Below are positions 60,742 through 64,000 of a stretch of 64,000 nt of DNA, one piece after another. The notes under the pieces are model-generated. The model ran no database searches. It was not told the DNA's origin and saw only the letters and a list, made by a program, of their open reading frames with translations. Both the position numbers and the translations under genes were made by a program. The DNA lies in contig CM022671.1 in assembly GCA_012295275.1 (NCBI GenBank), positions 4,340,001 to 4,404,000 of the forward strand, given 5' to 3'. Positions within the stretch are counted from its first letter, which is position 1. Each line of letters begins with the position of its first letter. The DNA is from Chrysomallon squamiferum (lineage: Eukaryota; Animalia; Mollusca).

Positions 60742-61792
60742 CTAGCTCCTACAACAGCTCCACTTCTCTGACCCCACTGTCTGTGATCTGAGGTGGATTC
60801 CTTCACCATCGTAATCAGTGAGAGTAGCATCCCCACCGTATCTTTTTTTCAGTTCCTGCAAGGAAATAAATAAAGAGTTGAAAGAAATAATTTTCTATTT
60901 CTGAACTAAAATCAATTTTTGTTATATTAATATTTGACTGTAAAAAACAAAAACAAAAAACAACAACAACATCATAGCATTTTAAAAGAAAAATTCAAAG
61001 ACAATATTAAAATATATAGATATAGTTTTATTTGACCACACACATATGTAAATATGTCATATATTTCACTCATGTGAAAATGAAATCACATGCTCAAACA
61101 CAATGCTTTTGCTCCAACTTAATATTTTTATGGGGAACCTCTGAACTGGGTTTGCAGAACTCTGAGTCTATGGAGAACCCCTGACAGGAATCACTGTTTT
61201 AGACAGTTTTGGAAATTTCACATTTTACAAATATCAACCAATGGTATAATGATGGAACAATAGTTTGATAGTTTGTACCCAGAATGTGATGTTATTTAAT
61301 CTCAAAGTTTAACATCTGACATTTTAGTCACAACAGCATCATGCTGTTATTAAATTAATTTTTACAGTAGATTTGTCATTTTATGATATTATAATATATT
61401 ATAGGCTGAAATTAAATAAATAAACAAATATAAAAAAAAAAAAAAAGAGAAGAAAAAAGAAAAGTAATAATTAAAATTGAATCCATAATGTTCTAAACAT
61501 TAATATTTAATGACAGGTCAGCATCTTCAAGTTATTACCGAAAATATTATACTATTAAAAGTAGGCAGAAATTTTAACAATTATTTCACTTAAAAGAAGT
61601 TTGAAATTTTCTGGAACAGAGCTATATAATTTCACATTCCTATTATAATACATATATCTCTCCATCTGTTTATCTATTTGTCCTTCTATCTGTTTTTGTC
61701 CATATGTCTGTCTCTGAGTTTGTATATCTATGTATATGTCTGTCTCTTTATCTTATTTTCTATCTCTATAGTGTATACGAATCTATCTGACC

Positions 61793-61832
<40 letters not shown>

Positions 61833-63598
61833 ACTATATCAGATAAATGAATCTTTCTCACCTGAGCCATGCTCTGGAATGCTGCGTCGATGTTGTTGTT
61901 TTCTTTGGCGCTGGTTTCTATGTGGCTCAACATTCCTTGTTGCTGGGAGTAGGCACGCGCCTCCTCCGCACTCACCTCCCTCAGACTTTCAAGGTCATTC
62001 TTGGTTCCTAATAAAATATATATTTGAAGTTAGGGTATGCTTCAGTTATAACTGCATTTCTGCACTGTACGAAAATGATAACCATCCTCTCTTTAAAAAC
62101 AACAACAACCAATAAATAAATAAAAAATCCCTAGATCTCATCAACTGAAATATATTTCTTTGTATAATGATGATGATGATGATGATATTAAATAAATGAA
62201 TAAATAAATAAAAAATATATATTTACAATATTTACATTTTCAGTGACATAAAGGCTAAGCCACAAATTTGAAGGGATTTTATGGATTTCCAAGACAGGAA
62301 AATATCATATATATACATACAATGTGTATACAGAATCTCCATATAATAAAAATCAAAGCCATTTCCTCACTTCTGTACAAAAAAAAATGCAAACCTTCTT
62401 TGTCACAGTCTCAGTTATTTGTTGAATTACTGAGACTACATGTCCACCCAAGGGAAGTGTGGCACCATGAAATCATAGAAAATAGCACTATTTAAAAAAA
62501 AAAAAATTCCTGGATTTTGCATTATGATGCATGTGTCATTAACAAAACCATTTTATACAAATTACACTTCAAGCCCAGAGAGTCTGAATTTTTTTGTCAA
62601 GACTCCTGGACCTGAGTCACAACCTACATACATATTTGTATTTTAACATCTGTTCACATTTTTCAGTAGTCTGTATTTACACAAAAGATGGCTACCCTAT
62701 AATAAGCTGGACTACATTGGACCCTGCATATCTCTTGACGTCTTCTAACCAGCGAGGAATGTTGTCAAACGATGACCTCTTGGTGATGTCGTAGGCGATG
62801 ATCACCCCATTAGCACTGCGGTAGTAGCTCTGCGTGATGGTGCGGAAACGTTCCTGTCCTGCCGTGTCCCAGATCTGTAGCTGTCAGAATCAAAAACCTA
62901 CACTTTACTATCACTGACACTGCAGTTAATGTTTCTATGGTAAAGACATTTCTCTGTCAAATGCAGATATTATACACGATACTATCAATAAAAAGCATTT
63001 TGCAAATACAATCCTTTTTGGATTCCACACATGATAATAAAATGATTATTTTTAAATATACAACTATTTTCATGAATTATATATAACTGCATTTTTATTT
63101 TTGTTTTTGTCTGAAACTGATGAACAATAACATTAACGATATCATATAGCGTTATACTTTATAGACTGTATTTTATTTGACAATTTTCTTTTTCATTAAG
63201 GTAGTCTAGGCTGTAAATATCATCTTCAAATAATTTGATATACTATTTAAATATGTCTTTAGATTATAATATACTTATTATATTGGTGCTACTACTACTA
63301 CTACTACCACTACTAATAATAATGACGTTGTCTTTCACTATTAAATATTCAAATAATGGTGAAATATATTTTGAACGATGTAGATTAAAATGATATGAAC
63401 CTTTACAAGTTTCCTTTCAATATCTAACGTTTTCATGGTAAAATCCACGCCGATTGTACTGCCATGTTTTTCCGTGTACGTTCCAGATTTGAACCTCTGT
63501 ACTATGCACGTTTTACCTACTCCGGCGTCTCCAATTAAAACAATTTTAAATAAAAAATCAAACTGTTCGTCGGGATCATGTGACGAATGGTATGCCAT
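60742..63598 (-). CDS. RAB43: Ras-related protein Rab-43 (Rab19/43 family), 213 aa
   Basis: Exons 63598-63401 ([45 protein letters not shown]), 62880-62697 ([33 protein letters not shown]), 62007-61862 ([19 protein letters not shown]..) and 60855-60742 ([18 protein letters not shown] prenylation motif). DPDEQ and VDFTMKTL match recalled RAB43. The exon 2 donor is anomalous (see findings). Confidence 0.92.
61131..61196. mobile_element. hAT-type MITE end remnant in Rab43 intron 3
   Basis: Minus strand CAGTGATTCCTGTCAGGGGTTCTCC..GAGGTTCCCC resembles CAGTGATTCTCAACCGGGGTTCC-type termini. Confidence 0.4.
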
Positions 63599-63704
63599 GA
63601 CTGAATGTGAAAAAACGGAAACCCTGGAAACGGTTAAGTGTTAATTAGTGAAACAAAGTGAAACATTTTGTCACTGTCACTGAAACTTTGTATTTTTCGT
63701 CAAT

Positions 63705-63712
63705 CCGGAAAT
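63705..63712 (+). promoter_or_regulatory. ETS-like site CCGGAAAT upstream of Rab43
   Basis: About 107 bp upstream of the ATG; a motif common in housekeeping promoters. Motif match only. Confidence 0.3.
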
Positions 63713-64000
63713 GAGATCATCGAACGAGCACTGCTTCTGTTTACTTCCTCTTCTGATATCGCTTACACCAATGAAAATAAACAAAAATAAAAATAATTAT
63801 ATATAAATAAAAATTAAACTTTTTAAAAATTATTATTATTGTATTTGTTATATATCATTATTTTATTAAATGTTATGAAATATTTAATTTATTTCTATTA
63901 TAATCTTATTTTATAGAAATAAATAAGTGTTTTTAGCCAAATGTAAAAATAGGTAAATTTGTTTTTGAGGCCTCCGGTAGATGTCACGATTTCGTGAGGC

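Overview
This is eukaryotic, intron-rich, very AT-rich and microsatellite-dense animal DNA, not prokaryotic. An intron-containing universal stress protein gene points to a non-vertebrate, non-ecdysozoan animal, probably a mollusc (inference). Most ORFs in the supplied track are simple-repeat artefacts. Reading splice sites by hand gives six protein-coding genes: NPRL2 (minus, 9 exons, runs off the left edge); CYB561D2 (plus, head-to-head with NPRL2, 176 bp between the ATGs, with an apparent 1-nt frameshift); an intronless 431-aa uncharacterised HAD-like protein (minus); a divergent alpha-tubulin (minus, with two candidate first exons 14 kb apart); a 160-aa universal stress protein ending in a natural His6 (minus); and Rab43 (minus, with an anomalous exon-2 donor). 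The most interesting points are the alternative tubulin N-termini (MREC vs MATKSAMREC), a minisatellite built from a tubulin splice junction that carries a decoy acceptor, the conserved NPRL2/CYB561D2 pair, the His-tailed USP, a recurrent inverted AGCAGACG motif, and a mosaic pattern of CpG depletion. All homology calls come from recalled protein sequences; no searches were run.
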